A stretch of 64,000 bases of DNA from an uncultured virus (IMG/VR IMGVR_UViG_3300009071_002060) (lineage: Duplodnaviria; Heunggongvirae; Uroviricota; Caudoviricetes): positions 1-64,000 of IMG/VR virus record IMGVR_UViG_3300009071_002060; one strand, 5' to 3'. Shown piece after piece: positions 28,120-36,718 of this stretch. Made by a program: the position numbers and the translations under genes. The notes beneath the pieces are model-generated. The model had not been told where the DNA came from and did no database searches. It saw only the letters and a program-made list of their open reading frames with translations. How positions within the stretch are numbered: position 1 is the stretch's first letter; every line of letters starts with the position of its first letter.

Positions 28120-29894
28120 TGAAAATTGATCAGTTTAAATCGTTAGAACACAAAGTTCTCAAAGAAAATTATTTAAAGAAAAGTAATGCTCTACTAGAGA
28201 GTGTTTGTTTGGATCTAGATGCTGAACAAAGGCGTATTGTTGAAGGCATTTACAATGATGCCCGTCCACTTATTGAAGCCGCATTAACAGCAGATCAAAT
28301 TACAGGATTGTTCCAAGCCGCTGAAAAAGCCGCTAACGATAGCGGAACAAACAGAACAGCATTAGGTAAAGGTAAAGATGTTATTGATGCTGGTAATAAA
28401 ATGCTTAATGATGCTGGTAAGTGGCTACAAGATACTGCACCAGTTAAAGCGTTTGATTCAAAATTTGAACAAATTAAAAGAGATTTAAAAACAAAATTAG
28501 GGCAAAGTGCCGCAGGTAAAAAGACTTTAGAAGCAGTACAAGGACTTGGCGACTATGCTAAAGCAAATCCTGCTAAAACAGCGTTTGCTATTGGTATTTT
28601 AACAGCGGTTGCCGCTGTAGCAACAGGACCAGTTGGTGGTGCTATTGCTGGACAAGTATTACGTGGTGCTAACGAACTTATTAAAGGTGAAAAACTTTCA
28701 ACAGCAATTGGTAAAGGCGCGAAAGCGGCCGCACTTGGTTATCTTGCAGGCCAATCATTTAAGATGATCAGTGATGAAGTTATTGCTAACATTGAATCAG
28801 CAGGCTTAGCAGATATTGATGCATTAGAAGCATCAATGAATGATGCAAACTTTAAAGACGCAATGTCAGATGTTACTGCTGAATTTGGTAACGATACAGT
28901 TGACTCGCTTGTAAACGATGGTAGAATATATACAGGTTCGGGCAATATTAACGGTTTTAATTACAATTATAACGTCATAATGAATCCAGAAGAATTAGCT
29001 AAGTTTAACGAATTTAAACAGGCAATTACTAGTTCAGGAAAATCGTTTAGTCCTGAATGGTACAAAGCCTCAGCAGAATACCATGACTTTATGACACAGT
29101 TGCAGAACAATCCTGTACAGGGTGATAGACGAGCAATACTTGATGCAGTCCAAGCGGCAAGTGAAAACAAAGATAACTTTAGTATAGATCAACTTGAAGA
29201 CATAATTGGAGAATTTGATAGTCTTGAAGACAGTGTTGGAGCTCTTAAAACCAAGGCTGAAGTAATGGGTCCAGTAATTCAAGCGGCGGTACAACAAGCT
29301 GACTCACTTAAAGCAACAGCAGATAGATCTTCGCCTCCTGGAGAGATTGAAGATCCAGTGCCTGAAGAAATGAGCGGTGCCAGCGATGAAGAAATTGACA
29401 AAGTTGCAGTAAGAGGAACTGAAAGTAAGTTCTTATCAGCACCAGCTTTAACTGAATCTCAGATACGTGTACTATTTCATCAAGTAGCATTCTTGTCTGA
29501 ATCAGAACAACTTGATGAAATTAGTCTTGGTGCTATTACTACTAAAGCAAAACAAATTGCCGCCAAAGGTATGCAAAAAGCCGCAGACGTCGGCAAGAAT
29601 ATGACTACTCGTGTTACTGCTCAGAAGTTGCAAAAAGCCTGGGAGAAAGCTGGTAAGCCAGAAGATTCTGCAGAGATAGCAAAAATATTAAGCAAGAACA
29701 AAGTATCACAAGAAGTTAGTACAAAAGCATTTACTGATGCAGGAATTGAAGTACCACCTATTCCAGAGCCAGAAGAAGACTCAAACATTGATGTTGATAA
29801 AATTATTGACTGGGTTAACAAGCAATCCAAAGAAATTAAAGCAGATATTATATCAGTTGTTAAGTCAGCAGATGAAAAGTTAGCAGGCGCCTAA
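28119..29894 (+). CDS. large putative internal virion protein with a hydrophobic hairpin
   Basis: 591 aa, mostly helical; TAFAIGILTAVAAVATGPVGGAIAGQVL segment. Confidence 0.75.
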   Translation: MKIDQFKSLEHKVLKENYLKKSNALLESVCLDLDAEQRRIVEGIYNDARPLIEAALTADQITGLFQAAEKAANDSGTNRTALGKGKDVIDAGNKMLNDAGKWLQDTAPVKAFDSKFEQIKRDLKTKLGQSAAGKKTLEAVQGLGDYAKANPAKTAFAIGILTAVAAVATGPVGGAIAGQVLRGANELIKGEKLSTAIGKGAKAAALGYLAGQSFKMISDEVIANIESAGLADIDALEASMNDANFKDAMSDVTAEFGNDTVDSLVNDGRIYTGSGNINGFNYNYNVIMNPEELAKFNEFKQAITSSGKSFSPEWYKASAEYHDFMTQLQNNPVQGDRRAILDAVQAASENKDNFSIDQLEDIIGEFDSLEDSVGALKTKAEVMGPVIQAAVQQADSLKATADRSSPPGEIEDPVPEEMSGASDEEIDKVAVRGTESKFLSAPALTESQIRVLFHQVAFLSESEQLDEISLGAITTKAKQIAAKGMQKAADVGKNMTTRVTAQKLQKAWEKAGKPEDSAEIAKILSKNKVSQEVSTKAFTDAGIEVPPIPEPEEDSNIDVDKIIDWVNKQSKEIKADIISVVKSADEKLAGA

Positions 29895-29895
29895 A

Positions 29896-30627
29896 ATGAA
29901 ATTAAAAGAAGGCGGAAATATATTTAAAGATCCAACTACTAAAAAACCGTTTACTCAACGTATTAATCGTGCTGATGTTACACCCACTGTCCAGTGGTTA
30001 GAGAACTTAACTGGTTTAAGCCTAGTAGACAACATGCTTGGAACAACAGGTAAAAAAGAAACATCAGGTGATTTAGATCTTGCTGTTGATGTAAGCAAAA
30101 TTGATAAACAAACACTTATTGATGTGTTACTGAAAAAAGGCGTTGATAAAGCAGATATTAAAAAGAGTGGCGACAGTGTTCATCACAAAACACCTATCAA
30201 TGGTGATCCGGCTAATGGTTATGTTCAGACTGATTTTATGTTTGGTGATCCAAAATGGCAAAGTTTTAGTCTACAAGGCGGAGCCGAAGGCAGTGACTTT
30301 AAAGGACTACACAGACACATATTGTTGGCTAGTATTGCTAAAGCACTAGGATACAAATGGAGTTACAAAAACGGACTTATTAATAGAGCCGATAACATGC
30401 CTGTAGAAGGTGGCAAATCTACCGCAGGAATTAGTAAACATTTAGGTATTCCAGCTGGTAAACTAAACAGTGTAGAAGATATAGTTGATGCTATTAAAGG
30501 TCGTCCTGATTACAATATGCTGGTCGTTGATGCTCGTGAAGGATTTTCAAGAGATAATTTAACACTTCCTGAATCAGCTGAGTCGGCGCCAGTAGGAACA
30601 CAGGCTTGGTTTAGGAAGTTTATGTAA
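29896..30627 (+). CDS. Pol-beta-superfamily nucleotidyltransferase-like protein
   Basis: LGTTGKKETSGDLDLAV (G[ST]..DxD) and a later QTDFM third acidic residue. Confidence 0.65.
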   Translation: MKLKEGGNIFKDPTTKKPFTQRINRADVTPTVQWLENLTGLSLVDNMLGTTGKKETSGDLDLAVDVSKIDKQTLIDVLLKKGVDKADIKKSGDSVHHKTPINGDPANGYVQTDFMFGDPKWQSFSLQGGAEGSDFKGLHRHILLASIAKALGYKWSYKNGLINRADNMPVEGGKSTAGISKHLGIPAGKLNSVEDIVDAIKGRPDYNMLVVDAREGFSRDNLTLPESAESAPVGTQAWFRKFM

Positions 30628-31673
30628 TGGATTTATTTGAATTCTTAAATGAGGACGGTCCTCGTATTGCACATCCTGAAGATGCTATATTCCAAGGTTC
30701 AGCAAGAGCCGCCAATTACTTAGAAGCATTACTAGATGTAATTGAAGACCCAGGTAGTGTTAGTATTAAATGGGACGGCGGTGTTGCATTGTATTTTGGA
30801 AACAGAGAAGGCAAGTTTGTAATAACAGACAAGTATATGCCAGCTAAAGGTTTTTTTGCAACCAGCCCAGATGAATGGCGTCAGTATGATAAAGATAGAG
30901 GTGCTGACAGAGGAAACTTATATACACAAGTTGAAACAGTATGGCCAGGATTAAAAGCCGCAGTTGGAAGTACCGACGGATTATTTAAAAGTGATCTAAT
31001 GTGGGTAGGACAACTCAAACCAATTGAAGGTCGTTATGTATTTAAACCCACCACAGTAGAATATCGTGTTCCTGTTAACAGCAACATTGGTAAAGTTATT
31101 GCTGGACGAGTAGCAGGCGTAGCAGTACATAGTTTTAATGATGCACCATGGGACGGAAAATCCGGACTTGATCAAGGTGCAAGTGATGTGGCAATACTAA
31201 GTCCTACAGCAGGAATTCAATTCAGTTTAAAGAACCCAGTTAAACTAGTAGGAGCCGCTAAAAAGGCTGTACAAGGTGAAGGCAAACTAGCTGATGAGTT
31301 TTTACAAGGAATGGCCAAAGTAGCTCAATCAGCATTGCAAAAGTTTATGAATCATCAAATTACAAAACAAACAAGTGATCCACTTGAGAAATGGCTTGAA
31401 ACCAATGTAAGTGGAAAACAATTACATTTCCTAACCAATCCAGACGATGGATATCTACATGCTCATGAAGATGGACTTAAAGCACTATACAATATATGGA
31501 ATAGTATATACAGATTAAAAGCACATCTTGCATTACAATTAGAGCAACAAGTTAGCGGTTTTGAACAGTGGACCGGTGGAAAACAAGAAGGCGAAGGCTT
31601 TGTTTTTAACAGTAAACACGGTTTAGTTAAAATTGTTAACAGAGAAGGCTTTGGAGCCGCACATTTTAACTAA
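30627..31673 (+). CDS. RNA-ligase-like covalent nucleotidyltransferase (DUF6267-like)
   Basis: motif I SIKWDG, motif IV EGFV, motif V LVKIV. Confidence 0.6.
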   Translation: MDLFEFLNEDGPRIAHPEDAIFQGSARAANYLEALLDVIEDPGSVSIKWDGGVALYFGNREGKFVITDKYMPAKGFFATSPDEWRQYDKDRGADRGNLYTQVETVWPGLKAAVGSTDGLFKSDLMWVGQLKPIEGRYVFKPTTVEYRVPVNSNIGKVIAGRVAGVAVHSFNDAPWDGKSGLDQGASDVAILSPTAGIQFSLKNPVKLVGAAKKAVQGEGKLADEFLQGMAKVAQSALQKFMNHQITKQTSDPLEKWLETNVSGKQLHFLTNPDDGYLHAHEDGLKALYNIWNSIYRLKAHLALQLEQQVSGFEQWTGGKQEGEGFVFNSKHGLVKIVNREGFGAAHFN

Positions 31674-31758
31674 TATTATTATCGCTTTTTAATTAAAAAA
31701 GATAAATAAATGCATAGTAGACCATGCAGGTTTACACCGCATTTTAAGGAGAAATCAA

Positions 31759-32094
31759 ATGCCAGCAGTAACAAGAGCAAATGGCCTAGGACATGCACAT
31801 GAAACATTGTATGCAACAGGTTCACATTCAGCATTCGTAATTGACGCAGGTGCATCACTAGCAACTGAAGGCGGAATTGGTGGAGCAATCGAAGCTCTAG
31901 CACAACACCTTGGTTCAGCTTGTGTACTTTTCGATTCAGAAGGTACAGCAGGAGCAGTTTCAGTAGTAATGGACGGTCATGCCGTTTCAGCCGCTGATCT
32001 ACAAGTTAGCATCCGTGCAATGGGAACAGTAAGTGGTTATGACTTCAGTGGCGCAACAGTCACCGAAGGTGGAGCAATTACAGTTGCCGCGTAA
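31759..32094 (+). CDS. small Ala/Gly-rich putative virion protein
   Basis: TAAATA at 31703, strong AAGGAG SD, own terminator. Confidence 0.75.
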   Translation: MPAVTRANGLGHAHETLYATGSHSAFVIDAGASLATEGGIGGAIEALAQHLGSACVLFDSEGTAGAVSVVMDGHAVSAADLQVSIRAMGTVSGYDFSGATVTEGGAITVAA

Positions 32095-32117
32095 TTAATT
32101 TACGAAGCAAACAATTT

Positions 32118-32147
32118 AAAAGGGCTACTTTTGGTAGCCCTTTTTTT
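32118..32147 (+). terminator. intrinsic terminator
   Basis: AAAAGGGCTAC-TTTTG-GTAGCCCTTTTTTT. Confidence 0.85.
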
Positions 32148-32164
32148 GTGACATAAGTACTAGC

Positions 32165-32617
32165 ATGGAACAGAGAATCTATAATTATTCGCTTATGACA
32201 TTGGTTGATATTACAAAAACAAACCAAGTACACAACAGTGAAAACAATGATGATCTAAAACGCAATCAACATAGAAACTATCAAACTATGTTGCAAACAC
32301 TTGGTTTACGCACACAACCTACAATCAAAGGTGATGTTAAAATGACCAATGGCGAATTCCCTCGACCTGATTTTGGTGAAAGCTATAACGGTATACACAA
32401 TATATGGCAAGTAAACTTTAGTGTTGAACAACCAGAAGCATTCTCTGATATAGAACAAAATCCAATTGGTTTATTAGAAGAAGACTTTGATCAAGTACCA
32501 ATTGTTAGTATGCTAAACGAAACGGCTAGATTTATTTTACCTTGCTTCTTTAGTTATGGACCATTAAAGAACATACATTTCTATTATGAGTACTTTGATA
32601 GAGACTTACACAACTAA
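32165..32617 (+). CDS. hypothetical protein
   Basis: 150 aa ORF; TAAGTA 5 nt before the ATG. Confidence 0.75.
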   Translation: MEQRIYNYSLMTLVDITKTNQVHNSENNDDLKRNQHRNYQTMLQTLGLRTQPTIKGDVKMTNGEFPRPDFGESYNGIHNIWQVNFSVEQPEAFSDIEQNPIGLLEEDFDQVPIVSMLNETARFILPCFFSYGPLKNIHFYYEYFDRDLHN

Positions 32618-32672
32618 ACCAAAAACATATACTATTAAAATATTTGCACAAGCAGGTAAATAATAGTTACAA

Positions 32673-32702
32673 AGGCACACTTAGGCACACTTAGGCTCAC
32701 TA
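32673..32702 (+). repeat. three tandem 10-bp units in a 5' leader
   Basis: AGGCACACTT AGGCACACTT AGGCTCACTA. Confidence 0.8.
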
Positions 32703-32751
32703 TATTAAACGGTAGTTAAAAGCTATATTTAGAAGAATTTAGGAGAGCCCA

Positions 32752-33021
32752 GTGCCTGCAACGTCTACATCCATTGAAAAAACAAACCTAGAAGCTCATG
32801 TTGAACTCTGTGCCGAGCGATATGACGCACTAGAAGACAAGTTAGACAATTTAGATAGACGTATTGAAAAAATCGACGATGGCGTCGAAGATATTAAAAA
32901 AGCCATAGCAAAGAATTCCATAGGTGCCCATAGCCAACTTATTAAGATTGGAACCGCACTATTTGCCGTACTACTCACAGCATGTATCGGCCTCACAGTA
33001 AATTTGATAATGTCGAACTGA
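32752..33021 (+). CDS. coiled-coil protein with a C-terminal transmembrane helix
   Basis: GTG start with AGGAG SD; heptad stretch then IGTALFAVLLTACIGLTV. Confidence 0.7.
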   Translation: MPATSTSIEKTNLEAHVELCAERYDALEDKLDNLDRRIEKIDDGVEDIKKAIAKNSIGAHSQLIKIGTALFAVLLTACIGLTVNLIMSN

Positions 33022-33025
33022 TATT

Positions 33026-33232
33026 ATGAAGATTGAAGAATTACTTAATCATATCACTGTCCCTGTCACTAACGAAGAGGCAGATGTATTAGCACAATTT
33101 AACGGTAGTGCTAAACGTAAACGCGACTTTAATGAACGCGAACAGGTTGTTGTAAACCAGTTAATCAACAAAGATATCTTAATGAGGCAAAACACAAATG
33201 GAATTATCGAGTATTCAAAAAAACGCAAATAG
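33026..33232 (+). CDS. hypothetical protein
   Basis: 68 aa, MKIEELL N-terminus. Confidence 0.7.
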   Translation: MKIEELLNHITVPVTNEEADVLAQFNGSAKRKRDFNEREQVVVNQLINKDILMRQNTNGIIEYSKKRK

Positions 33233-33740
33233 ATCCGAACTCTTTAAGCAGTTAGATATATTTGCTGAGTTAAATGCATCTAAAGTTGCGTTATGGCAGA
33301 AACAAGAAACTGATCGTCTTTTAGACGACCCGGATAATGTCTATATTATCCCTGTTAAGAATGGATTTAAAGTAGGAAGGTCAGCAGTATACGAAAAACC
33401 AATTGGTTGGGTAGTTACTTGCAAATCACAAAAGAAGAAGCCATTTGAATTCAACACCAAGAACCAAGCATTATTGTATGCTGTATTGACAGAAAAAGGA
33501 TATGACAAAGAAGCAGACGAGTATAAACAAGCCTTTTTACAAGTACAAAAGCATGTCACTGATATACAGTTTTATAAACATAATATAAAGGCGGCATGTA
33601 ATAAGAAAGATTATTTTAAACAAGAAGCACTTGAAAATAGGCTAGATGATAGTATGTATAGACTGGAACTTGCTAAAAATAACTTCGAAAAATCAATTAA
33701 GTCGGCTAAATACATAAAACTTAGGGATAACGAAAAATGA
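33198..33740 (+). CDS. hypothetical protein
   Basis: 180 aa ORF in the operon. Confidence 0.7.
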   Translation: MELSSIQKNANRSELFKQLDIFAELNASKVALWQKQETDRLLDDPDNVYIIPVKNGFKVGRSAVYEKPIGWVVTCKSQKKKPFEFNTKNQALLYAVLTEKGYDKEADEYKQAFLQVQKHVTDIQFYKHNIKAACNKKDYFKQEALENRLDDSMYRLELAKNNFEKSIKSAKYIKLRDNEK

Positions 33741-34477
33741 AAATATCAGAAATAGGTTTAACTACCTCAAAAGAAAAAGTTAATAAGGTAATTGAATCTC
33801 GCTTTGGAGCGAAGATCGATTATTCCTCTCTCACTGTTGAAAAAGCACAGTCTATTATAGAGGGGCTAACATCAAGTCTAGCTAAGTTTAATAACAGCCA
33901 CAATACTCATGTCGCTCACAAGAATCCTAAGTATGTAGAATGCTTTATGATTAAAGAAGGTTTGACTGCTTGGTTAAAAGAACATCACCAAAAAGATGAA
34001 GACGGTAATGTTATTCCACACAAGGAAGAAAAAGTTGTTCTTGAAAGCGAAACAGCCCAAGCAGAAGCAGTTCTAGCTGGTAGAGATATGGTTGATTCAG
34101 TGCAAGACATGATGGAAAAGATTGGCAGAATGCAAAACGAACAAATGCCAGCATTACTTGATTCAATACATGATCAGATAAGTGCAGAACAAGCAGAAGC
34201 ATTTAAAACAGCAGTTGATCCAGTACTAGCAGGATTAGAAGAACAATTACGTACTGGGCGTGAAACGTTGGATGGTGCGGCTCGTTCATTGGCAGGTGAA
34301 GAAGTTGCAGGCGCAATGGATATGCCAGCCGAAGAACCAGCAGTTGATCCCGAAGCACCAGCTGAAGAACCAGCCGCTGATGCAGATGCAAGTGCAGAAG
34401 TCCCAGCAGACGATTTTGAAGCAACTGATGCCGCCGCTGGCGGTGAAGAAGATGCCGGTAGAGAAGAAAGAGTCTAA
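33737..34477 (+). CDS. putative prohead core/scaffold-like protein
   Basis: MKISEI N-terminus, coiled-coil, acidic Ala/Pro/Glu tail; TAAATA at 33707. Confidence 0.6.
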   Translation: MKISEIGLTTSKEKVNKVIESRFGAKIDYSSLTVEKAQSIIEGLTSSLAKFNNSHNTHVAHKNPKYVECFMIKEGLTAWLKEHHQKDEDGNVIPHKEEKVVLESETAQAEAVLAGRDMVDSVQDMMEKIGRMQNEQMPALLDSIHDQISAEQAEAFKTAVDPVLAGLEEQLRTGRETLDGAARSLAGEEVAGAMDMPAEEPAVDPEAPAEEPAADADASAEVPADDFEATDAAAGGEEDAGREERV

Positions 34478-34890
34478 TGCGTTTAAATGAATTTAATACA
34501 AGAGCACTAGATCCTGACGTATTAGAAGATGATGCTGACGATCAAGGACATACTAATTTAGTAACAGCTCTTGAATTCTTGCGTCATAGAAGTCGAGACA
34601 AGATGCTACAACCCAAAGTTCGTGTTGATAGCTTGATTGAAATGGTACGCAATACTGGTGCAACGACATTTAACCTAGAAAGTTTAACTAACGCTTTTAA
34701 GACTAATGGATCCGTTAAAGGATTGATTAAAGATATCAAAGACGACGAGCACGGTGTGAAGTATGTGTTCCTCAAAGATTTTAGTGACCTAGAAGTAGAT
34801 AATGAGACTGCTATAGCATATGGCACTAAGGATGATAACCCCGATAAAGTTGTGAAACAAATGGCTAATAGGGCTTTAAAAAATGATTAA
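34477..34890 (+). CDS. hypothetical protein
   Basis: 137 aa, MRLNEF N-terminus. Confidence 0.75.
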   Translation: MRLNEFNTRALDPDVLEDDADDQGHTNLVTALEFLRHRSRDKMLQPKVRVDSLIEMVRNTGATTFNLESLTNAFKTNGSVKGLIKDIKDDEHGVKYVFLKDFSDLEVDNETAIAYGTKDDNPDKVVKQMANRALKND

Positions 34891-35047
34891 TTGGATTAAA
34901 AACAGAGTAATGGAACGTACTTCATGGGACGGCGGCGCATTAATTGCAGTCGGACTAGTTGTGCTATTTCTTGGACCATTTGCAAAATGGGCGGCTTATG
35001 CGGCTATTGCTTATGGTGCTTGGACTATGTGGAAAAAAGAAGACTAA
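34883..35047 (+). CDS. small two-helix membrane protein (holin-like size, 54 aa)
   Basis: MINWIKNRVMERTSWDGGALIAVGLVVLFLGPFAKWAAYAAIAYGAWTMWKKED*; absent from the track. Confidence 0.7.
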   Translation: MINWIKNRVMERTSWDGGALIAVGLVVLFLGPFAKWAAYAAIAYGAWTMWKKED

Positions 35048-35128
35048 TATCTTTCGCACATGGTTTATGGGGTTCCATCCCCGTACCGGCTAGAACCCGG
35101 ATTGGACTACTATTATAGGAGAAAACAA

Positions 35129-35539
35129 ATGGGAAGACCACTAAATAAAAAGTTCTTTGGAACACCAACCCCAGCAGGAAATGAAATTAAAGTTCAGTTC
35201 CATAACGGAACAGGTTCTGTTGCTGGATGGATTATTAAACAGGTTGGAGCAAAACGCTTTAAAGTTACTGATGGTTCAGAAATTAAAGTCTGTTCATTGG
35301 TTGATAAAGCTTCAGCGGCTATTGCCGCAGGTGAAATGACTATCACTATCAATGATGGTGGTACGGCAAGACAAGTTACTAAGATTGCCGCTAAGAAAGT
35401 TACACTTGACACTGGTACAACAATTAACTGGGACTTTACAGGAACAGGTGATGTTGTCGAAATGGAAGAAGCTGGCGATGATGCTACTATTGACGCCATA
35501 GGCACAGACGAAGATGACTTCGAAGGTGATGACGTCTAA
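35129..35539 (+). CDS. putative virion protein
   Basis: MGRPLNKKFFG start with AGGAG SD (track's 35060 start is too far upstream). Confidence 0.75.
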   Translation: MGRPLNKKFFGTPTPAGNEIKVQFHNGTGSVAGWIIKQVGAKRFKVTDGSEIKVCSLVDKASAAIAAGEMTITINDGGTARQVTKIAAKKVTLDTGTTINWDFTGTGDVVEMEEAGDDATIDAIGTDEDDFEGDDV

Positions 35540-35564
35540 ATCTTTCACTAATTTATGTGAATTT

Positions 35565-35594
35565 AGAAAGGGGGTATTTGCCCCCTTTCTTTTT
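35565..35594 (+). terminator. intrinsic terminator
   Basis: AGAAAGGGGG-TATTTG-CCCCCTTTCT TTTT. Confidence 0.8.
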
Positions 35595-35606
35595 CCATAA
35601 TTTTAC

Positions 35607-35635
35607 TTGACAAATAAATATAAAGAAGGTATAAT
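35607..35635 (+). promoter_or_regulatory. consensus sigma70 promoter, probably leaderless transcript
   Basis: TTGACA-17 nt-TATAAT, ATG 5 nt downstream. Confidence 0.7.
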
Positions 35636-35640
35636 ACATT

Positions 35641-35964
35641 ATGATTACAGTTTCCGATAAAGCCGCTGAGAAGATTCTAGAACTAGGAGTAAAAGCACTC
35701 TTAGTTAAAGTAAAACCAAGTGGCTGTAATGGTTACAGTTATATCATAGAAGAACATACACCACAAGATGATGAAGTTTATTATACCGATAAGAATGTTA
35801 AAATTCGAATCGCAGAAGGTAGTGAACCATTCTTATATGGCACTATGGTAGATTACATTACTAGTTCAGATGGCTTTACAACTAAGTTTGATATTGTAAG
35901 CTCACTTGAGTCTGGACGTTGTGGTTGCGGAGAAAGTTTTAACATTGATAATTCAAAAATATAA
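35641..35964 (+). CDS. iscA: IscA/HesB A-type Fe-S carrier
   Basis: MITVSDKAA, SGCNGYSY, CGCGESF. Confidence 0.85.
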   Translation: MITVSDKAAEKILELGVKALLVKVKPSGCNGYSYIIEEHTPQDDEVYYTDKNVKIRIAEGSEPFLYGTMVDYITSSDGFTTKFDIVSSLESGRCGCGESFNIDNSKI

Positions 35965-36673
35965 TTACACTGATTGCGGTAGAGAAAACATTAACGGCAA
36001 ACGCCATTACTGTCTGCCCGACGGATCAAAAGCACCTAGTGTTACCACAGTACTAGATCTCACTAAACCTGAAGAAAAGAAAAAAGCATTAATGCAATGG
36101 CGCAAACGTGTGGGCGAACAACGAGCACAACAAATTGTTACTGAAGCCGCAAACCGCGGAACTTCAATGCACAAATACCTTGAAGAGTATTGTATTGACG
36201 GTAAACTTAGAGATATGCCATCTAATCCATTTCATAAACCACCGTATCGCATGGCTGAAGTTATTGTTCGTGAAGGTATGTCAAAAGTAGATGAAATATG
36301 GGGTACTGAGGTTCCTCTTTATTTTCCTGGTGTATATGCAGGAACAACAGACTTAGTTGGTATGTTTAATAATACTCCAGCAATTATGGATTTTAAACAA
36401 ACTAACAAGCCTAAGAAAGAAGAATGGATTGAAGATTATAAATTGCAAATGGCCGCATATGCATTGGCACACAACGAAGTACACGGAACGGAAATTAATC
36501 GTGGTGTTGTATTGATGTGTGTTAAACCTGAAGTAAATGAACAAGGCCAAGTAACAAAAGAACCACAATATCAGCAGTTCCTAGTTGAAGGAGACGAATT
36601 TACACACTGGAAGAACCAATGGTGGAAGCGTCTTGAGCAATATTACACAAAAATCTCCAACGGTGAAATATAA
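35945..36673 (+). CDS. PD-(D/E)xK exonuclease (Cas4/RecB-like)
   Basis: PSVTTVL, RGTSMH, YAGTTD, IMDFKQ, QMAAY; start uncertain. Confidence 0.8.
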   Translation: MIIQKYNYTDCGRENINGKRHYCLPDGSKAPSVTTVLDLTKPEEKKKALMQWRKRVGEQRAQQIVTEAANRGTSMHKYLEEYCIDGKLRDMPSNPFHKPPYRMAEVIVREGMSKVDEIWGTEVPLYFPGVYAGTTDLVGMFNNTPAIMDFKQTNKPKKEEWIEDYKLQMAAYALAHNEVHGTEINRGVVLMCVKPEVNEQGQVTKEPQYQQFLVEGDEFTHWKNQWWKRLEQYYTKISNGEI

Positions 36674-36718
36674 AAGAACATAAATAGTTTATATTAAGAG
36701 AACTGTTGAGGAACACAA

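Noticed and set aside
34924..35118. Track ORF 34924-35118 and the 35060 start
   Set aside because: A better coupled membrane ORF lies at 34883-35047, and the SD supports ATG 35129
35945..36673. Cas4-like nuclease as evidence of a CRISPR system
   Set aside because: No array or other cas genes in the window; stand-alone PD-(D/E)xK exonucleases are common in phages
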